Below are positions 39,001 to 50,773 of a DNA stretch of 64,000 nt, in pieces. The notes beneath the pieces were generated by a model that saw only the letters and a program-made list of their open reading frames with translations, was not told the DNA's origin and searched no databases. The position numbers were made by a program, and so were the translations under genes. This DNA comes from Callorhinchus milii (Eukaryota). How positions within the stretch are numbered: the stretch's first letter is position 1; every line of letters starts with the position of its first letter. The stretch lies in the NCBI RefSeq assembly GCF_018977255.1, contig NW_024704743.1, positions 49,850,001 through 49,914,000 on the forward strand, written 5' to 3'.

Positions 39001-39527
39001 ATAAATATGCCTAAAGGAAAATTAAGTGACAATTTACATTCACATGCTGCCTGCCTTTCACATTTGGGAAGATGTTTCAAAGTGCTTCATTGTGCTTGCT
39101 GGGTACCCGAGCTGAGGGTGGGATTCATGGGGTTTATGGAGGGGAAAGATGATTACAAGCAAGGTCGAAGATGTCATGTCTTAAACAAGGGGAGGGAGGG
39201 ACAAGGCCAAAAGAAGGTGACAGCTGAATAAGCGTCATTCCATCATACAGAGTCTGAAATAATAGTCTAAATAATAAATATTATGATGGTATGATGGAAT
39301 GACGCTGTAATTACATTCTAATTACACTTAATCCTTTTATAGATTCCTGGACTAAATTCCACTGATCCAAAAATTTCTACCTCTCCCTTAAACAGGAACA
39401 CACTAAACTAAAATAAAAAAAATCCCTATGGATCTATGTAGCTGTTAGTATAAGAATAGATTCTGTTGACATGGGCTAAAATACTGAAAATATATGATCC
39501 TCACACTTGACCTGAAGTCATTGACGT

Positions 39528-39843
39528 GGAGTCCTGTAGCTCAGTGGTTAGAGCACTCGCTTTGCAAGTGAGAGACCCGAGTTCAATTCCAGGCAGGGCG
39601 AAACCTTGGGCAAGTTTCCTTACTCCACACGCCTAATAATAATCCCTCCAAAAAAACAAAACAATAATAAAATTGGTCATTTTCAATCCATAACTTTGTG
39701 AGACATTGCTGTGCCCAATTGGCTGCCGCGTTCGCCCACAAATATACAGTCAATTCACCTTATAGTACATTCTGTGAAGCGCTTTTGGACGTCTAGAAGA
39801 CGTGAAAAGCGCTATATCAAATGCAAGGATTATTATTATTATT
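39528..39843 (+). mobile_element. Same SINE, full length, short subfamily
   Basis: A and B boxes, family body, (TTA)n tail. Confidence 0.9.
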
Positions 39844-41411
39844 GTTGTATATTGCATATCAATTATTTGATTGGAAAGCTCCGTTTGCTGTTATGCGATA
39901 CTTCAATAATAGAACTCCCGATCAGAAAGCCAGAGATTCAGTGGCAATGCTCTGTTATTGTGCGCACAACAAGCCAAAGTGGAAACATGTACAACTATCG
40001 ATCAATAATGCCTTTCAGTAGCGAGTTCCTAAAAGTACCAGATTTTTCAAGCATTGCAGTAAGTGTGACAAATGTGAGGGATTTCAAGCTGGCTGTACTG
40101 AAACAGATTAATAAGAAGCTCTGATCTGTAGCCAATTTACCGTTGTGCATGCAATAGTGTCATAGATTGCAGTGGGTTCACACCTATGTAGGGAGAGGCA
40201 ACCTGCAGTCAGCTGTGACCCTCACTCTTTCCAGCAGGCAGCACGAAGCATAGTCCAAGTAAGTTGATTTAACCCAGGTAGTTGTCAGAAATTGATAAAT
40301 CATTCTGATCTGCACACAATGCAAATCAATCCCTAGGGGTAGAAAGTTTCCTCAGTGATGGTATAAAGTTACAGTTTCTACACTGGGTGTCTGGTGTCTG
40401 TGAATGTATTCTAGATCCATCCACAAAATAAATACAAACAAGCAGGAGCACTGTGGTACTGGACACCGGGACACAGATCAAGTGATAACATGAGTGCTAG
40501 CAGAGAGTTTGATTCCCCATTTTTCTAAATCCACAATGTCAACTATTAAGAAAGACCTGACATCGAGGATAAGTGGTCACAAGAGTACATTTGCCTGCTT
40601 TCTAGGAGCTGTCCCAAGAACAGCGTTGGAGAAGGACTGAAACTGGTCAGCTAACCACACACCCCACCTTAATAGCAGCAATTGAGCCTTGGGATACCCA
40701 CTTGGCCATTTTTGTATTGTCTTGCAAGTTGCTAGTGAAAAGATTTTTTTTGCCTTTTTATTTACAGTGATCATACCAGGATTCATGCATGCCTATCTCT
40801 CCCTTCCCCCCCATCACTGTGTGCGCTGCCTTTACCAATATGGCCGCCCCGCTCGCACCACCATTGCAGGTCACAGTTTTACCAAAATAACCACTGTCTC
40901 CCTCCTGCCCCCACCATGCATTGTGCATGCTGCCTTTACCGAGATGGCTGCCCTCTACCGTTGCCACCATTGCAGGTTTTCCAGTAGAGGACCCACTTGG
41001 GGTACCAGGAGGGGCTCACTTGGGGTGCCAATGGATGTTCTTTCGGGGTCTTGGAGGTGACAATCATGTCGTCTGGGGAGAAAAGTTTAGGGTTCTACAA
41101 TTTTTAAAAAAATTATGAGCATCAGTGTATTTATTCGAGAATGTGATGAATAAATGAGGTAGAAGGGAATAGAGGAGTTTGGGAGAGGGGATGAAGAGCG
41201 GCAGGACTTCATGTGGAATATAAACGCCGGCACAAACTAGTTGATCAAATGGTCTGTTTCATTGCTGTATGACTCGAGGTAACTCTGTGTAGCAAAGTGT
41301 TTTTATTTGGCCTGAACATTGTGGGGGGAAAAAAAAACTTTTATTGTAGCATTGCAATCAGTTTTGGCAGCAAAACACCAACATTTTGTTTATTTGTTAC
41401 AGAACTCTTAC

Positions 41412-41609
41412 CTGGTCCCACGGAGAAATGATTCCACCGAAACACATGAAGAGGTAACCCATGGCAACCAGGCACGCCCACACTACCAGGGAAAACACGT
41501 GTAGTAGTTTTCTGAACAGTGACTCCACACAGACCAGAATAAATATTGCAAAGAATATAGCCAGAGCTGTTGGAACAGTTATTAGGAAGGCCACATGGTC
41601 TTCAATATC
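41412..41609 (-). CDS. ADCY2: ADCY2 second coding exon (198 nt, 66 aa, M1 transmembrane cluster)
   Basis: Acceptor ttcatttctatctgtccccag|GAT. Translation DIEDHVAFLITVPTALAIFFAIFILVCVESLFRKLLHVFSLVVWACLVAMGYLFMCFGGIISPWDQ. Donor CAG|GTAAGA. In frame with the preceding exon. Confidence 0.96.
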
Positions 41610-43369
41610 CTGGGGACAGATAGAAATGAAAAGCTTTATAAGTGCATCACCACAATATCTCCAGAAAGATTTATTTGTATAACACTCCTCTCATCAATTT
41701 TATGTCAAAAGCATCTGATAACACAGAATTAGTGTCTGCTTTTAGGAGCTTGGAGGGCGCAGAGCACCATTTATTATATCAGATGCTAGATTAAACTGAC
41801 TGAAGCTGATTGCGCCCACGACTTCATTGGTTCCCTCTATTTATAGCAATGAATTTCAAATATGTGCATAATGACATAAAATAACCTCATTACATTTATT
41901 GCCCTGTTGTAAAATGAACACTACTGGTTATTCCATTCACAAGGAACTTAAACATTGATGACGCTTCAATTCCAAATATCTCCCTGTCTATCTATGATTA
42001 TCTTTAAGCTCTGTAGGGAATGCTGCTTATTTCTGAAATCACCTTTTGAGGATTGAACTCTCTGTGCACCCAGTTACCAGTCTATCCCTTACTGTAACCA
42101 ATCTATCCCTTACCCTATGCTGTGCAATTTGCAGTTTCTTTAATGACATTTCTTCAAAAGGAATCCAAGTTTGTTTGAAAGGGCATTTCTTCTGGTAACT
42201 GGAAATAAATCATGCCAACTCACAGCAAACTAGTGTCAGGGATTCTTTTCACTCAGATCCTGTTAACCCTGCAAGCTAAAGCTCTAATAGATATTTTTTA
42301 TCACCCCCCCAGATCATGCCCCAGATAAAACTGATCATCCACTTCATTGCTGTGTGCAAATTGGCTATTGCATACACCTTCAAAAAAACAGTCCCTAATA
42401 TCCTATGAAGTGATTTGAGGCATCTGGACAATATGATAAAGTTCTGTATCAAATGCAAGGATTATTATTATTATAAAACAGACTTCTGGGTGTCACAGTA
42501 AAGACACATTGGAATGCTCTTCTGTTCAGTGCACTTCTGGTTCACTGTTGCTTAGAGGGATACATGCTACTCTGAGCTTTTTGTTTAATAAAAAGCCAAG
42601 TTTGCTGCTGTTTACTGCTCGTTCCATTTGAGGCGCTGCTCCTCAACCAATACCAAAAGGTACTTTCCAAATTGGATTGATCTGATGGCTTTAATACAGC
42701 CAATTTCAAAAGAATTTTTAAACATTGAAACAAAGAGAAAGGAAGATTGTCGACCAAGATACCAGGAGAACCTCCCTTCTCTATTTGACAGCATCTACTT
42801 GAATAACAATTGAGTAGATAGAATTTCAGTCTAATATTACATCTGACTGACAGCATCACTGGTAATGCAGCCTAAACTGTGTTCTCAAGTTCTGATGGTG
42901 GCTTTCAACCACAACCTTCGGACCTACAGGAAAAAGTACCACCAATTGAACTAAGCTGATGCATGCTATTATAAGAATAATAATCCTTGCATTTGATACA
43001 GCATCTTTTATATGGCAAGGATGTTTCAAATCACTTCATAGCATTTAATGTAAAATGTTGTGACTTTATATGAAAAGTAACTAAGTATGAGTTTGTTCAC
43101 AGTAACAGACCCTCCTCAACTCCTGACAGAGCTCTGGAATTTCCCTGTGTAAGTGGGATATATGGAACTCTTAGTTTGGTTTGGATACGTTTCACATGTA
43201 TCAGATGCCTGGCTGACCAAAAACAAGTCAACTCCTGACTGCTGCAATTTGGAATTGCAAAGTATAAACAACAACAATAATAACTTGCATTTCTATAGCG
43301 CTCTTCACGCGGGTTAGCGTCCCGGAGCGTTTGAAACCCTTTCCCCCCACTACTAACTCCACTGCTGGA

Positions 43370-46290
43370 CATGGTGGTGAGACGGGAGCGGAGTCAGGAG
43401 AGCGCGGGCGGAGCCGAGGTCTAGTTGCATGTATAAAGCACAGCCAGGTGAGGAGCCACTCAGTCGGGAGCGGAGTCAGGAGCTGAGGTAAGTGAGGGAG
43501 TCGGGCGGGCACCATTCACTAAGTGACGTCAGCGTGAAAAAAACCCAGCAACAACAACAACAATGGCCTGGCCACTGCCACCGCCATCCCGGTCATGGCC
43601 TGGGAGGCTGAGCCTGAGGGCTGATGCCGCCCGCTGATTGCTCGCTCCCGGTCCGTGTGTGCATTTTGGCTGCTGCCCCGACCCGAGCCTCCCCCTCCAC
43701 TCTAAATGCCTCTCCTCCCACCCCTCTCTATCCGATACTCCCCCTCTGTCCTTCTCTCCCACCGCCGTCCCCGCCTTCTCTCTCTCCTCGACCCCATCAC
43801 CACTTCCCTCTGCTCCAGCCTGGGCATCCTCCGCCGGGCCCATCGTGGCTCCCGGCACTGGCTGTCCCAGAGCAGCAACCCCACATGTCCAATCGTTCAC
43901 TCCCTCCGCTCAAACCACTTCTTTAAAGCAAATCCAACTTCCCCCTCCCTCACACGTACCCTCCCCAACTCTCCACTCACACCACTCTCCACAACCATCA
44001 CTCCTGTACACCCCAAAATCCTCTCTGCATCACTCTCTCCTCCCTCTCCTCCCTCCTGCAAACCCATCCACATTTCCCTCGAAAATGTCTGTTCCCTCTC
44101 AAACAAAGCCCTCACCATCCACGACCTCATCCTGGACGAGCACCTTGACATTCTTGGGCTCACCGAAACCTGGCTCTCCCCCAATGACCCCGTCCCTCTA
44201 GTGGAAGCCTCCCCTCCAGGCTACACCTTCCACCACACCCCCCGTCCAAACCAATGTGGCAGCGGGGTGACCTTCATCTCCAAAGCCTCCCTTGGTCTTA
44301 CCCTCTACTCCTCTGGCTGCTTCCCCTCCTTCGAGCACCTCACCCTCTTCCACCGCTCTCTCCCATTGAAAATCCTCCTTGTCTACCGCCCCCCTAAACC
44401 CTCCGGCTCCCTCCACACAGACATCTCTACTCTCTTCTCTTCCCTGTCCCTCTGCTCCAAGCACCTGCTCATAATGGGCAATTTCAACATCAACCTAAAC
44501 TCCCCCTGCACTACTTCTGCCAACTTCACTGCCCTCCTCGCCTCCCTAAACCTCACACTTCATATAGATTCACCACCCACAGCCATGGTCATGCCCTTGA
44601 CCTCGTAATCACCCACGGCCTTGACATTTCTGACCTCAGCATAGTGAACAAGGTCTTCTACTCCAACATCATTTTGGAGGCTAAACACAACCCTAAAATC
44701 CTTTTTTCCACCACCCACTACCTCCTCTATGCCCCTCCTCAGGCCTCCTCAATCTTCATATCAAATCCCAAGTGCAAGGAGGTCATGGACTTCTTTTCAT
44801 CTAAAATACACAACATCCCCCAGGCAGCCTCATCCACCTGCCTCTTGTCTCCCACCACCACCCCCTCTCTGTCATCCTCACCCTCCCCATCATCCATCCT
44901 ACATTCCTTCCTCCCCATCTCTCCCTCCTCCCTCTCACCCACCATCACCTCCATGAAACCCACCACCTGCTGCCTCGACCCCCTCCAACTTGCTGGTCAC
45001 CCAGCTCCCTTTCACTGCTGGCTGATGTCATCAACCTCTCTATCTGTGACCAGGGCTCCCTCTGCCTCCTTCTCCTCCTGGACCTCTCCGCCGCGTTCGA
45101 CACAGTCGATCATGCCATCCTCCTCCACCACCTCTCCTCCGTCATCCACCTCAGTGGGACCGCACTCACCTGGTTCAAGTCCTACCTCACAAACCGCCAG
45201 CAGTACATCTACACAAACGGCTTCTCCTCCCAATCTCACCCAGTTACCTGCGGGGTATCCCAAGGATCCATCCTTGGTCCCCTCCTCTTTCTGATCTATA
45301 TGCTCCCTCTTGGGGGTGTCATCCGCAGACATGGGGTACATTTCTACATGTACGCGGACGACACCCAACTCTATTTTTCCACCTCTCTTTGCGACCCCCA
45401 GTCCCCTGATGTTCTGTCAGCCTACCTGTCAGATCTCAGGGGTTGGATGATCGCAAATTTCCTTCGTTGACAAGACGGAAGTCATACTCTTTGGCTCTCG
45501 TCAACGTCTAAAATCTCACGGCTCTCACCTCCTCCACCTACCCGACCGCCCCCTAAAACTCTCCGAACCCGTACGCAACCTAGGCGTTAGGTTCGACCTC
45601 CCATATCCTTCCTGCCCAACATCCGGTCCCTCACCAGCACCGCCTTCTTCCATCTCCAACGCATCACCCGTCTCTGCCAATACCTCTCTCCTAAAGCCGC
45701 TGAAACTCTAGTCCATGCCTTTGTCACCTCTTGGCTGAACTATTCTAACGCCCTCCTCGCCAGTCTCCCATCCACTACCATCCATAAAATCTAAATCATA
45801 CAAAACTCTGTCGCCTGCATGCTCACCCGCACCAAACTCCACTCTCCGATCACCCAGTCCTTGCCAGACTGCACTGGCTGCCTATCCCAGAGAGGATCAA
45901 TTTCAGGATCCTCACCTTTGTATTCAAATCCCTCCACTCCTCTGCACCCCCCTACCTCTCTGACCTCCTCTCTCCTCAAAACAGTACCCGTTGCCTTTGT
46001 TCCTCCAGGTCTGGCCTCCTCCTTGTCCCGAGTCCTCTGCTCCACCCTCAGCAGCCGTGCCTTCAGCCACTATGCCCCAAGGCTCTGGAATTCCCTTCCT
46101 CACTCCCTTCGCCTCGTCCCCTCTCTTCCTATTTTCAGGTCCCTGCTGAAGACCTTTCTTTTCGACCGCGCCCTTGGTCACCTTCTTCCCCCTTCCCCTG
46201 GCTCGGTCCAGGGATCCTTTACTGTGAAGCACTCTGAGACGCCGTCCGTCGTGGAGGGAGCTATATGAATCCAAGTTGTTGTTGTTGTTG
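43370..46290 (+). mobile_element. L2-clade LINE, near full length, with frameshifts and two internal deletions
   Basis: APE endonuclease in ORF 43706-44608 (ENVCSL, LGLTETWL, GYTFHHTPR, VYRPP, IMGNFN). RT motifs LLDLSAAFDTVDH, GVSQGSILGPLLF and YADDTQLY at ~45070-45380. C-terminal LVHAFVTS and LHWLP motifs. 3' stem-loop and (GTT)n tail. The 5' boundary is uncertain. Confidence 0.9.
43383..43531 (+). promoter_or_regulatory. CpG-rich promoter-like segment at the 5' end of the LINE
   Basis: 18-bp direct repeat CGGGAGCGGAGTCAGGAG at 43383 and 43465. GGGCGG boxes at 43406 and 43503, TATAAA at 43432, TGACGTCA at 43524, AG|GTAAGT at 43486-43493. Confidence 0.45.
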
Positions 46291-48274
46291 AATTGAAATG
46301 AAGGAAGGCATAAGGATGCCACTCCACCATTGGAGAGATGATAAGAACAAAATAATAGGTGAAAAATGTGACATTTCATAAATGATTCAGTGTGACACAT
46401 TAAATCTGTAATCAAGTGTTCCATTTTTTGACCTGAAATTAAAAATGTGACACAATACGTCAAGTTATGCAAGGACTTTTCGATTCACAATTAGAGTTGC
46501 ATCAGAATTGCTGCAGTGGTGCTGAGGAAATCAACCAAATGGTTATGTTAGGATGTAACTACGATGGTGGCTTTCAACCACTACCTTTTTCCATTGAAAT
46601 TTAGTGGATGGAAAAATAAGTTTCAATGGAAAAATAAGATGCCCCACAGGACGTGTAAACAGAATAAACTATTATCGTTTCTCACTATATTTGTTATATT
46701 CTCGCTTTATCATGACAACTGTTCTCTTTTAATTCACATCTAAGTTCACCTGCTCTGGTGTTGTCTGACAGCTGAACAACACTATGCTCAAATCTTGGTT
46801 AGCCGGAGTAATGAGTGGGGGGGTGGGGGCAGAGGGAGTGGGGGGAGATCCGGTCCTGCAAGCTAGAATTTCCAACTCAGTCTAATTATAATGCCAATAC
46901 CGGCTTTTATTTGCTTTTTGAAAAATGCCAGTAAATCACGATAACATTGTCACTGTGGCCACTGTGAAGACCAGGAAAGATGGTAAATTCTGCTCATTGG
47001 CATTGACGCACAATAATAACAACTTGGACTTGTATAGCGCCCTCCAGGTAGGGTAGCATCTCAGAGGCTTAACAGTGGCAAAGCCTGACTCCGAGCCGGG
47101 GGTTTCAGTTTAAAAAATTGGGGTTTCGGATCCGGTCCGGTTAAATTCGAATTCCAGATACTTAGAGTCCAGTAAGCCAGGGGTTTACTGTATCAGCATG
47201 CCTTTGCTTTTAAGCGCTTTGAGACGTCATTGTGATGTAAAAGGCACTATATAAGTATAAATTGTATTGTACTTTCCATTTCTAAAAGGTTTCGCCCCAC
47301 AGTAAATGGGGGAAGAGTGAATTGCAAAACCATCTTCCAACTTTACTTCTTGGATAGCTGATGGGACTGTAGATTGTAAAAGTGTTAAGCATTACTGAAA
47401 GGTTTTGATAATATAATGGATTTCTTTGCTCAGCCAGGTGTATGACACATGCCAACACCCATCACATGCTTAAGTACATCCAAACTAGACTGAGATCTAT
47501 TACAGTTGTTGTTTTTCACTGATGACACAAATTAATTTGTTGTTGATGATGAAAGCTGCTCTGTGTTCAGTAGCAAAATAAAAATGTGTCTCCAAAGTGC
47601 AGAACACAGAGTCTATTTTTGTACCCATTTACACTGCTAGTACTAATTATAGACATATGTTTTGCGGTGTTAAAATGATGTCTGTGGCAGCAGCTAGTGT
47701 GTTTGTTTACTATTTAAATATGTAACTGATACATTTCTTTACCAGCAGTGCAGCACCACAGTCACTTCTGGGCTATTGCACCTGGAGGAATTGGCTGCAC
47801 AGAATAGAGATACATCTGGGGCATTTATTCAGCTAAGTTTGCCAACTTTCACTCAACATCTCTGTGAGATGAACAAGTCGTGCATATGTTTTTGAGGATT
47901 CCTGACGCAATACACGTTTTTTCACTCCCTTTCTCATTCTATGCCTTCAGAAAATAGCAAAAGACTCTAGCACATCAGCCAAACTCCTCCATCTGTGGCC
48001 TAAAATGTCCAGTCAGGATATAGATCTTTAAGCACCATGCTTTGAACACCATAATATACATACCACTTGTCATGGAAAATGTTCTCATATTTAACATGCC
48101 TGTTCTTTCCCATACAGTGTAGTGTTAAAGAACAATTTCCATACATAACTGGAACTTTCATTAGTTTCGCTTGGATACTCTTAAGCATGGTGGAGGGTGG
48201 GGTTCTACGTGTGTCAGACACCTAGCTGACCAGAAAAAAATCCGCAATTCAAGGAGCAGCAGAAAATATTTGTT

Positions 48275-48610
48275 CATAGAATCATAGAATCCTACAGCAC
48301 AGAAGGAGGCCATTTGGCTCATCTTGCCTGTGCCTGCTCTTTAAAAGAACTATCCAATTAATACCACTCTTTCGCTCTTTCCCCATAACCTTGCAATTTT
48401 CTTCTATTCAAGGATTCATTCAATTCTCTTTTGAATTCTATTATCGAATCTGCTTCCACCACCCTTTCAGACAATGCATTTCAGATTGTAATAACTTGCT
48501 GCGTAAAAGAAATTCTCCTCATCACCCCTCTAGTGTTTGTGCCAATTATCTTAAATCTGTGTCCTCCACCAGTGGCAACAGTTTCTCCTTATTTATTCTA
48601 TCAACCATTC
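48275..48610 (-). mobile_element. CR1 3' fragment (other short CR1 ends at ~8160-8380, 9870-10050, 22585-22745, 24200-24470, 41130-41290, 58450-58600, 58770-59130, 63640-63770)
   Basis: catagaatcatagaatcctacagcacagaaggaggccatttggc; colinear with the 19163 copy. Confidence 0.75.
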
Positions 48611-48741
48611 TGATGCGTGCTCCATCAGCAATATCTCAAAGATCAGCTCCTCTGCTCAATATTCAACCATTGTACAAATGCTCTGGATTTTACATCTTTA
48701 CATTTATTGTATTTTCCATCGTTGATTGACTTCAGTGTGAG

Positions 48742-48988
48742 ACTGACACTGAAACACAAACACCAACACTGAAAAAACAAACACCAACACTGAAACACAA
48801 ACACCGACACTGAAACACAAACACTGACACACAAACACTAATACTGACTCTACAACACAAGCACTGAAACACAAACACAGGCACTGAAACACAAACACTG
48901 ACATTGCAACATAAACACTGACACTGCCAACAAAAACACCAACACTGAAACACAAGCACAACCACTAACACTGAAACACTGACACTGT
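48742..48988. repeat. AC-rich minisatellite with a ~20-bp unit
   Basis: Unit ACACTGAAACACAAACACCA at 48746, 48766, 48787 and 48807, then progressively degenerate. Confidence 0.9.
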
Positions 48989-50263
48989 TTTATTGTGTTT
49001 TTTTGGTCAGCGGGGTGTGTGACACATATGGAAACACATCACTAGGCTTAAGAGTATCCAAAACAAACTGAGATTTCCATCTATTCCACCTACATGTGGA
49101 AATTCCAGAGATATTTAGAACTCGCCATTGGATGTCCAGCAACAGCCACCCTGACTGCCCCATCCCCATGTCCGCCGCAAGGCCCACCGGATCCAAACCT
49201 CGGGGGGAAACCTCTCCTCTCTCATCCACAGTCCCACCCTCCTTGTCAATCCTCACCCTACTCTTTCTCATCTTACACATTCCTCTGCCACTTATCCTTT
49301 CCATATCAGGTGCCTTGGAACATCCTCCCAACGTAAAAGGCGCTTTACAAATGTAATTTGTTGTTGTTGTTAAAACTGTATGCTTCCATTGATATCGCTA
49401 TCTGGCAGACTTTCCCACTGCTTGTCCAGCTAATACCACCCTACCCGTTAGGGCTTTGGCTTGCAGGGTTAACAGGAGCTGAGTGGGAGGATTCCTTGCC
49501 CCCGTGACTGCTCTGCCTTTCCAAGTCTTTCTGATGAGCCAGACTGGCTGTGCTGCCGTCAGCAGTGCCCTGGAATACTGTGTACCCACTTGGCTCAGGA
49601 ATTGGACTACCAAGACCGCCACAGAGGTCTGGCTAGATTCACCATTCTGTTGCCAAACATGTCACCTGGGAGACAGTTCAGTTCCAAGGAGACCCTGTTT
49701 ACCTCCCTTCACCATCCCTCGCCCTGGCAGGAACATAACCCTGACACTGCAATACACTAAAAATCTATAAATGGCATCAAAATCCTGTAAGGCATTTTAC
49801 TCCTGGTGTTTTATCACTTTCACTTTTGAATTATAGTATACTACAAATCTCACTGCCAGTTTTATATAAATTATAATGCATTAAGCAACAAAAATGCATG
49901 TAGGTGATGTGATACATATATTTTTAAATACGGAAAGGAGATCATGTAGATTTTAATAATGTATATTAAAATTATATCAATTGTTGGCTCTAATTTGTGC
50001 TGTTTCTAACAAGTGATGGGCAAAAATCAAATGCCTAAACCACAGAAGGTATTGAGGAGAGTATTATTGAATTTCCAAAACATTATTGAATACATTCTTC
50101 GGCACCATGGAAGATTTAGACAATCGATAATGAAAACATTTCTTAATAAGAAATCTATTAAGAAGCACCGCGAGTTAGACCCCGTTGTATTTAGTTCCTA
50201 AAAAATGAAATTTTAACGACTTTGTAAATAACTCTGATACTGAGGAGACAGAAATGATCTTAC

Positions 50264-50461
50264 CAGCCCTGAAGCCAAGAAGACAGCCAGCAGTGCCAAG
50301 CAGGTTCCTATCACAATCAGCAGCAGAAATATGATCAATGGGTGCTGTTGGCTCATGCAGTAATAGGACTCATACAGCCAGTCGGGTGACTTCTGTTTGA
50401 CAGGGGCTTCATCAGTTCTATTAAGCAAATAGCGTCTTCTCCTCATTGCGTCTCGCCACAT
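50264..50461 (-). CDS. ADCY2: Adenylate cyclase type 2, first coding exon (66 aa: N-terminus and first TM helix)
   Basis: Translation MWRDAMRRRRYLLNRTDEAPVKQKSPDWLYESYYCMSQQHPLIIFLLLIVIGTCLALLAVFLASGL matches the recalled vertebrate ADCY2 N-terminus (MWQEAMRRRRYL...DWLYESYYCMSQQHPLIVFLLLIV). It ends at donor CTG|GTAAGA in phase 0. Confidence 0.96.
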
Positions 50462-50773
50462 AGGAATCAGCAGCCGTGGCTCTCACCTCTTAGTTAACTG
50501 GTAGGCATTCAGTGAAATGCAGCTGAAGAAGCCCGCTTAAACTGCATGGCAGAAGCAACATGTTGAGCTGTGATGAACTCGATGCAGGCTGCAGCTGGAG
50601 CAGTGTGCAGAACAGAGGGGGCACTCATTTCAACTGAAATGCATCATTCCAAACAGCTACTTCTCCCGTTCATATTAAGCAGCAGACTGCATCAATAGCA
50701 AGTGGTTTTCAGTCGATGGAAGCTTCCTATCTTGTGCAAAGTCCTTCTTTTTCCAGCTGAATACCTCTTATGC
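50462..50773 (-). other. ADCY2: Probable 5'UTR portion of the first coding exon of ADCY2
   Basis: Minus strand reads aactaat (branch-like) ... gtcctcccccctccttttcag|GCATAAG at 50773. No repeats recognised between this site and the ATG at 50461. Confidence 0.55.

Noticed and set aside
39528..39601. tRNA-Ala(TGC) genes
   Set aside because: The cloverleaf-like heads run directly into the SINE body and tail, so they are SINE heads rather than stand-alone tRNA genes.
46586..46634. Short 13-14 bp inverted repeats (here and at 11715-11765) as functional RNA hairpins
   Set aside because: They are AT-rich and lie within decayed palindromic MITE-like sequence; nothing specific supports function.
48643..48971. 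Cys/Val-rich ORFs
   Set aside because: They are translations of the AC-rich minisatellite.
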